Below are positions 11,448 through 21,393 of a DNA stretch of 64,000 nt, one piece after another. Position 1 is the first letter of the stretch. The number at the start of each line of letters is the position of its first letter. This stretch comes from Actinomycetota bacterium (GTDB lineage: Bacteria > Actinomycetota > UBA4738 > HRBIN12). Where the stretch lies: the NCBI GenBank assembly GCA_046729855.1, contig JBKPHM010000047.1:1605-65604 (forward strand), in the 5' to 3' direction. Position numbers and translations under genes: made by a program. The notes under the pieces are model-generated. The model was not told where the DNA came from. It ran no database searches and worked only from the letters and a program-made list of their open reading frames with translations.

Positions 11448-11813
11448 CTACTCCTCGGACCACTCCTCGGACCCGCCCTCCGGCGATTGTAGTCGCTTCG
11501 GCGCAGCGACCACGCGGGTTCGGCGTTTGGTGTGATGGTCGCGGACCTGGCGCTCGAGCTTCTCCGCGATCAGATCGAATGCCGCGGCGATGTCGGGCGC
11601 CTGCGCCTTGGCGCGGAACGTCTTACGCGCCGTCTCGAGCGCCGCCTCGACGCGCTTGATCCCGCCCTGTCTGGGATTGGGTTCGGAGACGACCTCGATC
11701 TGGATCTTGGTGACGCGCGGCTCCAACCGTTCGAGCCTCGAGAGCTTGCGGACCGCGGAGGCGCGCACCTGCTCGGTGATCCGCGCCCCGCGACCCTTCA
11801 GGACCACGTCCAT
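11448..11813 (-). CDS. hpf: Ribosome hibernation promoting factor / RaiA family (short form with acidic tail)
   Basis: MDVVLKGRGARITEQVRASAVRKLSRLERL...IAEKLERQVRDHHTKRR matches the S30AE/HPF fold. Internal ATG 11813 is preceded by GAAGGGA. 121 aa. Confidence 0.85.
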   Translation of the reverse strand: MDVVLKGRGARITEQVRASAVRKLSRLERLEPRVTKIQIEVVSEPNPRQGGIKRVEAALETARKTFRAKAQAPDIAAAFDLIAEKLERQVRDHHTKRRTRVVAAPKRLQSPEGGSEEWSEE

Positions 11814-12041
11814 GTCGGCGCATCCCTTCGTTGAGAACGGGGCCAGGGTGGTGGGCCCGCACCTGGCTGACCTGGTCTTTGTCCCCACACTCGCCTGCTG
11901 GGGGGTTCGCGACCCATCGGGCCGCTTAGCTCCCTCTCGCCTCCGGCGGGCCGGCGGCGGCAGGACTTACTTCTAAACCGCACCATGCTCAGCGACCAAG
12001 GGTCGCCTTACGTGGGTCGTTTCGCCTGCGGCTGGCATCGA

Positions 12042-12767
12042 CTACCGGGAGGCCTCCCCCCGGGCAACCACAGCCCCACGTGCGGGCCCGCGGCGAGTAT
12101 AGCGACGGTGCCTCCACATCGAGACCGACCGCGCGGCCGTAAGCAACGTGACTCGGTCGGCGCCGGCCGCCCGCAATGCCTGCGCGCAGGCGGTCGCCGT
12201 GGCGCCGGTCGTCACGACGTCGTCCACGAGGATCACGTTGGCCGGCACGGGGCGCGTCGCGACGAACAGCCGCGCGACGGCCTCCCGTCGGTCGGCGGCC
12301 GATCGGCGCGCCTGCGGGCCGGCGTCGGCGACCCGCGTCAGGAGACGCTCGGCCGGCGGCCCGAGGTCGCGTGAGATCGCCTCGGCGAGAAGCCGCGCCT
12401 GATCGAATCCGCGCGACGCGAGCCGCCTGCGTGACAGCGGTACCCACGTCAGCACGTCGGCTCCGTCGCCTCCGAGCACGGCGACCATCGCGGCGCCGAG
12501 CGCGGCCGCGACGGGACGCCATCCGGAGAACTTGAGGCGATGCACCGCCGCGCGCGCGGAGCCGTCGAACAGGAACGCCGACCGCACGAGGTCGATCGAG
12601 CGGTCGGGGCACTCGTCGCACGTCCTCCGCGGCCGCGACGAAGGGAGCCCGCACGTGGCGCACCACGGTGGCGCGAACGCGACGAGCGAACGGCGGCACG
12701 CGTCGCAGAACGGCCACACGCCAGCGCTGCAGCCCGCGCACCGCAGCGGGAACAGGGTCCGGAGCAC
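12042..12767 (-). CDS. ComF family protein (ComFC-like phosphoribosyltransferase)
   Basis: N-terminal double CxxC zinc motif (CAGCSAG...CDAC, CATCG...CDEC) and a C-terminal PRT motif VILVDDVVTTGATA. Conserved comF-hpf-secA neighbourhood. Confidence 0.85.
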   Translation of the reverse strand: MLRTLFPLRCAGCSAGVWPFCDACRRSLVAFAPPWCATCGLPSSRPRRTCDECPDRSIDLVRSAFLFDGSARAAVHRLKFSGWRPVAAALGAAMVAVLGGDGADVLTWVPLSRRRLASRGFDQARLLAEAISRDLGPPAERLLTRVADAGPQARRSAADRREAVARLFVATRPVPANVILVDDVVTTGATATACAQALRAAGADRVTLLTAARSVSMWRHRRYTRRGPARGAVVARGEASR

Positions 12768-12817
12768 CGGCGGCGACGGTAGCGGTCGCCGATGACATCC
12801 GGCCGCGCGGGCAGGCC

Positions 12818-13459
12818 CTATGGCAGCCGGACCGTGACCTCGCCATCATCGCCGGGGCCCGCCGCGACGCCGATCGACAGCGAGCCGTGCGACTTGAGAA
12901 GAGGGGACGCGAGGACCCTCGTGCGTCCGTTCCGTTCGTCGTGTGTGAGCTCCAGTGGCTGCAGCGGCTCGCCGTCCGCCGAGAGGTGCACGGCCAGCGG
13001 CTGCGACTTGGGGCCTCGAAGGTGCACCTTGATGGAGTCCGCGGCGCACTCGATCCGCTCGACGCGCATGCGGCCGGCCCGCAGGTTGACGTCCTTGCCG
13101 ACGGTGATCTGGCCACGTCGCGTCGTCGCGCGCGGCCAGGGGACGACGAATCGCCGACCGCCCTCGTACGTGCCGGGGACGCCATCGACGTCCAGGTCAC
13201 ACTCGAGCTCGTACCACCCGGGCTCGAGCTCCGCGACCGACGTCTCGAACGGCACGAACACGTCCTGCCTCGGCGCGATGTCGAGCGTGGTGTCCATCAG
13301 CGGCACGGGACGCCCGCCGCCGCCGCCGACGCGGACGACGCGCGCACCGCGCAGCACGACCTGGTGCGGGTTCGGGTCGTCGCCGCGCAGGATGAACGCC
13401 CCCTTCACCGTCGCCGGGAACCGTTCGAAGCGCGCGCGGACGCTGATCAGAGGGTTCAC
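12818..13459 (-). CDS. Hypothetical protein, beta-rich, translationally coupled to mtnA
   Basis: GTG 13459 overlaps the mtnA stop (GTGA). High GC3 across 213 aa (VNPLISVRARFERFPATVKGAFILRG...). I recognise no family. Confidence 0.6.
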   Translation of the reverse strand: MNPLISVRARFERFPATVKGAFILRGDDPNPHQVVLRGARVVRVGGGGGRPVPLMDTTLDIAPRQDVFVPFETSVAELEPGWYELECDLDVDGVPGTYEGGRRFVVPWPRATTRRGQITVGKDVNLRAGRMRVERIECAADSIKVHLRGPKSQPLAVHLSADGEPLQPLELTHDERNGRTRVLASPLLKSHGSLSIGVAAGPGDDGEVTVRLP

Positions 13460-14519
13460 GCCGCTCCTCGCAGGTCCGTGATCTCGCGCAGCGACCGGTC
13501 GTACGGCGGCCGGGCGACGCCCCGCTCCGTCACGATCGCGGTGATCAGCTCGGCGGGCGTCACGTCGAACGCGGGGTTCCATGCCGGCGTCCCCTCCGGG
13601 GCGATCGGCACGCCGAGCGGCGCCGACACCTCGAGCGGGTCGCGCAGCTCGATCAGGATCTCGGTGCCCGACGACGCCGAGAGATCGACGGTCGACGTCG
13701 GGGCGACGACGTAGAACGGGACGCCGTGGCGCCCGGCCAGGACGGCCAGAGGGTACGTGCCGACCTTGTTCGCGGCGTCGCCGTTCGCCGCTATCCGGTC
13801 CGCGCCCACGACGACCAGGTCGACGCGGCCGGCCGCGATCGCCGACGCCGCGGCGCTGTCCGCGATCAGCGTCATGTCGATGCCACGCAGCTGGAGCTCC
13901 CATGCGGTGAGCCTGGCGCCCTGCAGGATGGGGCGCGTCTCGTCGACCCAGACGTGCACCCGCTTGCCCGCCCGGTGGGCGGCGACCACGACGCCGAGCG
14001 CGGTCCCGATCCCGGCGGTGCACAGGCTCCCGGTGTTGCAGTGCGTCAGGACGTTGCCATCCCGCGGGACGAGCTCGGCGCCCGCTCGCCCCATCGCGTC
14101 GCAGGCCGCACGGTCCTCCGCCTCGATCAGTCGCGCCTCAGCAACGAGTCGCTCGCGCATCGCTCGGATAGCCGCCCTTTCTGCGCCGGCTCCTTCGCGC
14201 GCGACGGCGAGCATGCGATCCACCGCCCATGCGATGTTGACGGCGGTGGGACGTGTGGCACACAGCAGGCCGGCGGCGGCCTCCAGCTCGGCCAGCAGCG
14301 CGCGCGGGGACGACGCGCTCGTCGCGCCGGCCACGAGCGCCAGGCCCCAGGCCGCGGTCACCCCCAGGATCGGAGCGCCGCGGACGGCGAGCGTTCGGAT
14401 CGCATCGGCGACCTCGCCCACGGTCCGGCAGTCGAGGTGCTCGACGGCTCCGGGCAGCGCCCGCTGGTCGAGGATGCGCACGGCGGCGCCGTCCCAGACG
14501 ACCGGCGCGGGGACCTGGC

Positions 14520-14523
<4 letters not shown>
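13456..14523 (-). CDS. mtnA: S-methyl-5-thioribose-1-phosphate isomerase
   Basis: VVWDGAAVRILDQRALPG...VRGAPILGVTAAWGLAL...TRPTAVN...CNTGSLCTAG...GADRIAANGD is typical MtnA/eIF2B-like. GTG 14523 overlaps the upstream stop. 355 aa. Confidence 0.9.
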
Positions 14524-16150
<1,627 letters not shown>

Positions 16151-17008
16151 TCACGTCCCTTCGGATCGGAACCGGTCAAGCAGCGCGACCAGCACGCGGC
16201 CGATCACGTCCGCCGCGCGGTCCGAGGCCTCGAGCACCTCCTCGTGCGAGACCGACGCACCGGCCGCGTTCGTCACGAAGCTTAGCCCGAGCACACGCAA
16301 CCCCGACGCACGCGCAACCACGGCCTCTGGAACAAGCGACATCCCCACGACGGTGCCACCCGCGTTCCGCAGGAACGCCGTCTCGACAGGCGTCTCGTAC
16401 GACGGGCCGGCGACGGCCGCGTACACGCCCTCCACGACCGGCACGACGTCCGCCAGCCGCCCGGCCTCGAGCGCGGCCGCCGACAGGTCGGCGTCGTAGA
16501 TCGCGGACGCGTCGAGGAACGGCGGCGACCCGTCGGGCATCCGCCAGCCTCGAAGCGGCGTCTCGCCGATCAGGTTGATGTGGTCGCGCACCACGACGAG
16601 CGATCCCGCACGGAGCGCCGGGTCGAGCGCGCCCACGGCCGTCGTGAGCACGATCGTGCCGGCACCCAGGACGGCCGCCACGCGCGCCGTCAGCGACGCG
16701 AGCGACATTCGGTGCCCTTCGTAGTAGTGCACGCGGCCCTTGAACGCGGCGACCGTCGTAGGGCCGACCGTGCCGAGCCACAGGCGCCCGCTGTGGCCGG
16801 GGACCCTCGTGCGCGGGAACCCGGGGAGCTCGTCGTACCCGATCTCAATGCCATCGCCGCCGGCCTCGGCGCGCGCGACGTCGAGGACCTTCCCGAGCCC
16901 CGAGCCGAGGACGAGCGCCACCTGCGGCAGCCCGGGCCATCGTTCGCGGATCGCCTCGGCGATATCGTCGGCCACGCCGTCGCCGGGCGTCGGGAGCGCC
17001 CGCATCAT
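16151..17008 (-). CDS. Purine nucleoside phosphorylase (PunA/PNP-MTAP family 2)
   Basis: Internal ATG (MMRALP...), 285 aa. LVLGSGLG...VPGHSGRLWLGTVGPTTVAAFKGRVHYYEGH...GPSYETPVE...VGMSLVPE. ATGA overlap with the upstream stop at 17008. Confidence 0.9.
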   Translation of the reverse strand: MMRALPTPGDGVADDIAEAIRERWPGLPQVALVLGSGLGKVLDVARAEAGGDGIEIGYDELPGFPRTRVPGHSGRLWLGTVGPTTVAAFKGRVHYYEGHRMSLASLTARVAAVLGAGTIVLTTAVGALDPALRAGSLVVVRDHINLIGETPLRGWRMPDGSPPFLDASAIYDADLSAAALEAGRLADVVPVVEGVYAAVAGPSYETPVETAFLRNAGGTVVGMSLVPEAVVARASGLRVLGLSFVTNAAGASVSHEEVLEASDRAADVIGRVLVALLDRFRSEGT

Positions 17009-18066
17009 CAAGCGTCCGCCACCGCCTGCTTGAGCCGCGCGATCGCCTCGATCGGCGTCGGATCGTGTCCGCGCGCGAGTCCGAGGTACGTGGACGCGAA
17101 GTCGCCGATCATGGCGAGCGACAGGAACCGCGCCAGGTCCGTGTCGCCACGGGCCCAGACCTCGCGGACGAGGGCGCCCGAGCTTCGCGCGATGTCGATC
17201 GAGGGCCCGAACCGGATCGCGACCTCGGCCTCCTCGGCGTCGTGCCGCAGCGCGATCACGGCGAACCGGTCGCCCTGCCGTTCGGACCAGCCCACGACCT
17301 CGTTGTGGTCGAGCTCGGGGAGCGCCGACGCGAATGCCGGCGACTTGGCGTTCTCGTTGCACTGCGCCTTCCATCGTGCGCCCGCGACCGCGGCGAACCC
17401 ATCCGCCCCCCAGATCACCGGCACCCGCTGTCCGATCGCGGCGGCCACCTGCTTGGCCTCGTTCACCGACGTCGGGACCGAGGGCCCCAGGGTCTCGGCG
17501 AGCGTGTCGAGCTGATCGAGGGCGTCGTCCAGCGCTCGGTCCGGCGCCGGCACGAGGCCGACGGCGGCGACGACGCCGATCGTCGTGAAGGCGAGGTACC
17601 CGAACGCGGCGCGCGGCATCAGGCCGCCCGGGACGACCGCGATGCCGGCACCGGTCTCGGCGGCCCGTTCCGCGAGCCGGCCGCCGGAGGTCACCACGAG
17701 CCGACGGCACCCGCGCGCGGTCGCCTCGTCGAAACAGGCGAGCGTCTCCGCCGTCCCGCCGGAGTACGAGGACGCGATCACGAGTGTGTCTGGGCCGCAG
17801 AAGGCGGGCAGTCTCGCGTCGCGGACGACGACGAGGGGAACTACCAGGCGCGCGGCGTACAGCGCCCGCAGGACATCACCGGCGATCCCCGAGCCGCCCA
17901 TCCCGGCGAAGACCACGGCTGAGACCCCGACGGCCGAGGGCGTCGGCGACACGCCGAGTCCGGTCGCCAGACCGTCGCGGCACTGCGCCGGGAGCTCGGC
18001 GACGAGTCGCAGCATGCCGTCGGGATCGCCCGCGCGGAGCGCGGCCTCGTCGTCGAGGTCGATCAC
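17008..18066 (-). CDS. SIS-domain bifunctional phosphoglucose/phosphomannose isomerase-like protein
   Basis: VVFAGMGGSGIAGDVL...LVIASSYSGGTAETL...LVVTSGGRLAE. GTG 18066 overlaps the Trm112 stop (GTGA). 352 aa. Confidence 0.85.
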   Translation of the reverse strand: MIDLDDEAALRAGDPDGMLRLVAELPAQCRDGLATGLGVSPTPSAVGVSAVVFAGMGGSGIAGDVLRALYAARLVVPLVVVRDARLPAFCGPDTLVIASSYSGGTAETLACFDEATARGCRRLVVTSGGRLAERAAETGAGIAVVPGGLMPRAAFGYLAFTTIGVVAAVGLVPAPDRALDDALDQLDTLAETLGPSVPTSVNEAKQVAAAIGQRVPVIWGADGFAAVAGARWKAQCNENAKSPAFASALPELDHNEVVGWSERQGDRFAVIALRHDAEEAEVAIRFGPSIDIARSSGALVREVWARGDTDLARFLSLAMIGDFASTYLGLARGHDPTPIEAIARLKQAVADA

Positions 18067-18242
18067 CGGCGCTTCTTCGTGGCGGGCTTCTCGGCCTCGT
18101 CGATCAACATCACCGGGATGCCGTCGCGCACGGGATAGCGGTACCCGCACGACCGGCAGACGATCACCTGTTCATCCTCGTGGTAGTCGATCTCGCCGCG
18201 GTCGTTCGGACACACGAGGATCTCGAGCAGCTCCGGGTCCAT
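18063..18242 (-). CDS. Trm112 family small zinc-ribbon protein (59 aa, absent from ORF track)
   Basis: My translation is MDPELLEILVCPNDRGEIDYHEDEQVIVCRSCGYRYPVRDGIPVMLIDEAEKPATKKRR. It shows the LLEILVCP...C..C...YPV.DGIPVML.DEA Trm112 signature. High GC3. The start overlaps the pmm stop (TAATG). Confidence 0.8.
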   Translation of the reverse strand: MDPELLEILVCPNDRGEIDYHEDEQVIVCRSCGYRYPVRDGIPVMLIDEAEKPATKKRR

Positions 18243-19603
18243 TACGTCCCTCCCTCGGCGCGAATCATCCTCAGGACCTCATCGGTCCTCTGATCGAGCA
18301 GCTCTCGCGTGCGGGCCTCGACGTTCAGCCGGAGCAGCGGCTCGGTGTTGGACGGCCGCACGTTGAACCACCAATCGTCGAACTCTACCGTCAGCCCGTC
18401 CAGACGATCCTGGCGCCCGTCGAACGCGGACGCGATGGCCTCGATCGTTACCGCCTGGTCCTTGACCTCGGTGTTGATCTCACCGGAGTCGTGGTAGCGC
18501 CGCAGCGGGGCGAGGACCTCGGACAGCGGCGCGTCCGTGACCGAGAGCCGCTCGAGGACGATCACGGCCGCGATCAGTCCCGAGTCGGCCCGGTAGTTGT
18601 CGCGGAAGTAGTAGTGGCCCGAGTGCTCACCCCCGAACACGGCGCCCGTCTCCGCCATCACCTGCTTGATGAACGAGTGCCCGACGCGCGTCCGGATCGG
18701 CTCGCCGCCGCTCTCCCGGATCACCTCGGGCACGGCCCATGAGCAGATCAGGTTGTGCACGACCTTCGCGCCGGGGTTGCGCTCGAGCAGCGCGCGCGCG
18801 ACGAGCGCGGTCACCTCCGAGCCGCTCACCCCCTCCGCGTGCTCGTCGACGAGGAACACTCGATCGGCGTCCCCGTCGAACGCGAGGCCGATGTCGGCGT
18901 GGTGTTCGCGGACGGCCGCCTTCACGTCGCGCTGGTTCTCCGGCTGGATGGGATCGGCGGGATGGTTCGGGAAGGTCCCGTCGAGCTCCGGGAACAGATG
19001 AATCAACGTGACGGGGAGCCGCGCCATCACCGCGGGCAACACCAAGCCGCCCATGCCGTTGGCCGTGTCGGCGACGACGGTGAGCGGCGCGAGCCTCGAG
19101 GGGTCGATGAACGACAGGACGTGATCCGCGTACGCCTCGAGCAGGTCGCGCGCCTCGACTTGCCCGGTGGACGCGCCGGATGGCGGGGCGTCCTCCTCCG
19201 CGAGCCGGCAGATGTCCGCGAGCCCCGTGTCCTGACCGACGGGCCGCGCGCCCGACAGGCAGAACTTGAAGCCGTTGTAGTCCGGCGGGTTGTGGCTCGC
19301 CGTCAGCATGACCCCCGGCACGTCGAGCCAACCGGACGCGAAGTACAACAGATCGGTCGCCGCGAGCCCCAGGTCGATCACGTCCGCGCCGTGTGACGCG
19401 ATGCCCTCGGACAGCGCCTGCGCGAGGGCCGGGGACGACAGGCGACAGTCCCGTCCGACGGCGATCCGCGGCGCGCCCGCCCAGGCGGCGAACGCGGAGC
19501 CGATGCGCCGCGCGACGTCGTCATCGATCTGCGCGGGCACGACGCCGCGGACGTCGTAGGCCTTGAAGATGTCGGTCAGGTCCCGGTGCGGTGGCACGGC
19601 CAC
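18242..19603 (-). CDS. Phosphomannomutase/phosphoglucomutase
   Basis: FKAYDVRG, TASHNPPDYNGFK, GDGDADR and GGEHSGH motifs. 453 aa. Confidence 0.95.
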   Translation of the reverse strand: MAVPPHRDLTDIFKAYDVRGVVPAQIDDDVARRIGSAFAAWAGAPRIAVGRDCRLSSPALAQALSEGIASHGADVIDLGLAATDLLYFASGWLDVPGVMLTASHNPPDYNGFKFCLSGARPVGQDTGLADICRLAEEDAPPSGASTGQVEARDLLEAYADHVLSFIDPSRLAPLTVVADTANGMGGLVLPAVMARLPVTLIHLFPELDGTFPNHPADPIQPENQRDVKAAVREHHADIGLAFDGDADRVFLVDEHAEGVSGSEVTALVARALLERNPGAKVVHNLICSWAVPEVIRESGGEPIRTRVGHSFIKQVMAETGAVFGGEHSGHYYFRDNYRADSGLIAAVIVLERLSVTDAPLSEVLAPLRRYHDSGEINTEVKDQAVTIEAIASAFDGRQDRLDGLTVEFDDWWFNVRPSNTEPLLRLNVEARTRELLDQRTDEVLRMIRAEGGT

Positions 19604-19625
19604 CGCATCCTATCGAGCGTCGGGG

Positions 19626-19817
19626 TCAGGGCTTGCGCGAGAGGACGTTGCGGACGACCGACTGAAGCGGCACCGGCTCACCGTCCCGGTACCACCACTT
19701 CGCCTCGCACATGTGGCAGGTCGTGAACCCCAGGTCGCTCTCGCCGACCGTCATCGTGATCGTGATGAGGTCCCCCTGGTGACACACCGGGCAGGTCCCC
19801 TCGAGCTTGCCACTCAT
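19626..19817 (-). CDS. Small zinc-ribbon protein (CxxC...CxxC), function unknown
   Basis: 63 aa with CPVC and CHMC pairs. Strong SD GAGGAG 6 nt before the ATG. Lies 22 nt upstream of pmm. Confidence 0.6.
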   Translation of the reverse strand: MSGKLEGTCPVCHQGDLITITMTVGESDLGFTTCHMCEAKWWYRDGEPVPLQSVVRNVLSRKP

Positions 19818-19991
19818 GCGTTACTCCTCGGCATCCGAGCGGCCGGGAACACATAGCCCCGGCATCTCATTTCCGCACGCCGGGACGGGTGGGTGACCGG
19901 TCGGCCGAGGCGCGTGCCGGATGCCCGCCGATGGGGACGAACGCCGTCCCCCTCGGGGGATGGCGCTCCGCATCAGAGAGGGACGCGGGCG

Positions 19992-20204
19992 CTACCCGGG
20001 CGAGACGGCAGCGATCGTGCGGTCGTCGCGGATCATCCACCCAAGTGGCGGCGACAGACGGTCCGCGTGTCGGGCACAGAGGTCGACGCGGTTCGGGTCG
20101 GGGACGACCGCGAGATCGGTCACGACCACGGTCCGTTCGGCGTACGCGATGCCGATCGTCGCGACTGCCCGGAGCCGGCAGCCCATCCTCGCACAGGTTC
20201 GCAC
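19992..20204 (-). CDS. DUF3499-like protein
   Basis: CARMGCRLRAVATIGIAYAERTVVV..L......DLCARHADRLSPPLGW matches my recollection of the DUF3499 signature found next to pmm/whiB2 in actinobacteria. Confidence 0.7.
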   Translation of the reverse strand: MRTCARMGCRLRAVATIGIAYAERTVVVTDLAVVPDPNRVDLCARHADRLSPPLGWMIRDDRTIAAVSPG

Positions 20205-20268
20205 GGCGCGATGCTAAATCACACGCGTGTGACCTGCCAGCACCCAGGGCGAGCAGCCCGAGCCCCCG

Positions 20269-21330
20269 CTACGGCTTGACGAGCACCTCGGTGCCGATCG
20301 GGATCAGGGGGTACAGCTGCTCGACGTCCGGCATGAGCATCCGGATGCAGCCGTGCGAGGCGTACGTCCCGATCGACTCGACGTTCGTCGTGCCGTGGAT
20401 GCGGATCCCGGGCGCGCTCAGGTACAGCGCCCTCGTGCCGAGCGGGTTGCTCGGGCCCGGCGGGATGTACGCGGGCATGCTGGAGCCCCACCCGTCGGGA
20501 TCGGGGTTGGTCCACGAGGGGTTCTCGACCTTGTTGATGACCGTCCAGGTCCCGACGGGGGTGCTGAAACCCTCGGCCGCGGTGGCGACGCGGTATCGAC
20601 GCGACGGCTCGAAGCCCTCGTACAGGTAGAGCATGTTCTCGGACAGGTCGACGACGATCGTCCTGCCGAGTGAGGCCACCGTGACGTCCGGCTCGAGCGT
20701 CCGCATCCCGATGTGGACGGTGCGGCGCCCCCGCTCGAGCGCCTCGCGGACGCGCTCCGCGGCCGAACGGACGCGGATCTCCTGACCGGCCTTCTGGAGC
20801 TGCATCACGAGCCCGCCGTCGACGAGCTTCAGATCGGCATCGACGGCCGGTACCGCGACCTCCGCAGCGGCGCGTTCCACGAACCGGGCGATCGTCTGGT
20901 CGTCGTAGGCGAAGCCGAGCTCCAGGTCCTCCCGGAGCGGCTCGTCGGCAACGCGGATGTAGACCCGCGAGAGCAGGGACTCGCGCTCCGCCAGCGCGAA
21001 GGCGGCGTCCACCGCCTCCTCGATGCCGGCGCGCGTGCCGAGCTCCTTGGGCGTGAGCGTCCACGATGCGCCCTCGGTCCGGACGACGAGCTTCTTGCCG
21101 AGGGTCCGGTCGGCGCGAGCCGCCACGGCCGCGATCGCCTCGTCGCGAGTCAGACCCCCGACCTCGACGTCGCCGATCCGGACGCCGGGCAGGATCCGTG
21201 ACGACGCCTCGCGGTCGTACCGATACGTCGCGTAGGCCGTCCCCCCGCCGACCGACGCGAGCGCGAGCACGGCGACGAACACGGCGGCCCACCGCCGCGC
21301 GCGTGCCCTCGTGTGTCGACCTCTGCTCAT
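20269..21330 (-). CDS. L,D-transpeptidase (YkuD domain) with N-terminal membrane anchor
   Basis: C-terminal YkuD catalytic motif IHGTTNVESIGTYASHGCIRM. N-terminal signal/anchor AAVFVAVLALASVGG. Confidence 0.9.
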   Translation of the reverse strand: MSRGRHTRARARRWAAVFVAVLALASVGGGTAYATYRYDREASSRILPGVRIGDVEVGGLTRDEAIAAVAARADRTLGKKLVVRTEGASWTLTPKELGTRAGIEEAVDAAFALAERESLLSRVYIRVADEPLREDLELGFAYDDQTIARFVERAAAEVAVPAVDADLKLVDGGLVMQLQKAGQEIRVRSAAERVREALERGRRTVHIGMRTLEPDVTVASLGRTIVVDLSENMLYLYEGFEPSRRYRVATAAEGFSTPVGTWTVINKVENPSWTNPDPDGWGSSMPAYIPPGPSNPLGTRALYLSAPGIRIHGTTNVESIGTYASHGCIRMLMPDVEQLYPLIPIGTEVLVKP

Positions 21331-21393
21331 CGGTTCCGCGCGACCGCCTCTCCGTCACCCTTCGGCGCGTTGTATCCCCATGATACGGGCGGC

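Noticed and set aside
11814-12041. Possible ncRNA or small ORF (62-aa ORF 11798..11986) in the 228-nt comFC-hpf spacer.
   Set aside because: The ORF is Arg/Pro/Gly-rich with poor codon usage. I recognise no known RNA family, only short hairpins (for example GCGACC-CTT-GGTCGC). It is probably the hpf promoter/leader.
16151-17710. N-terminally extended track ORFs: 16151..17710, 1517..2890, 13456..14817, 31635..33689, 35562..36911, 36575..37681, 37914..39716, 45870..48077, 46862..48547, 56945..58030, 60286..62595.
   Set aside because: The extensions overlap the upstream gene in another frame, are Arg/Pro-rich, and precede an internal start. That internal start either overlaps the upstream stop (ATGA/GTGA) or has an SD, and it matches the expected family N-terminus.
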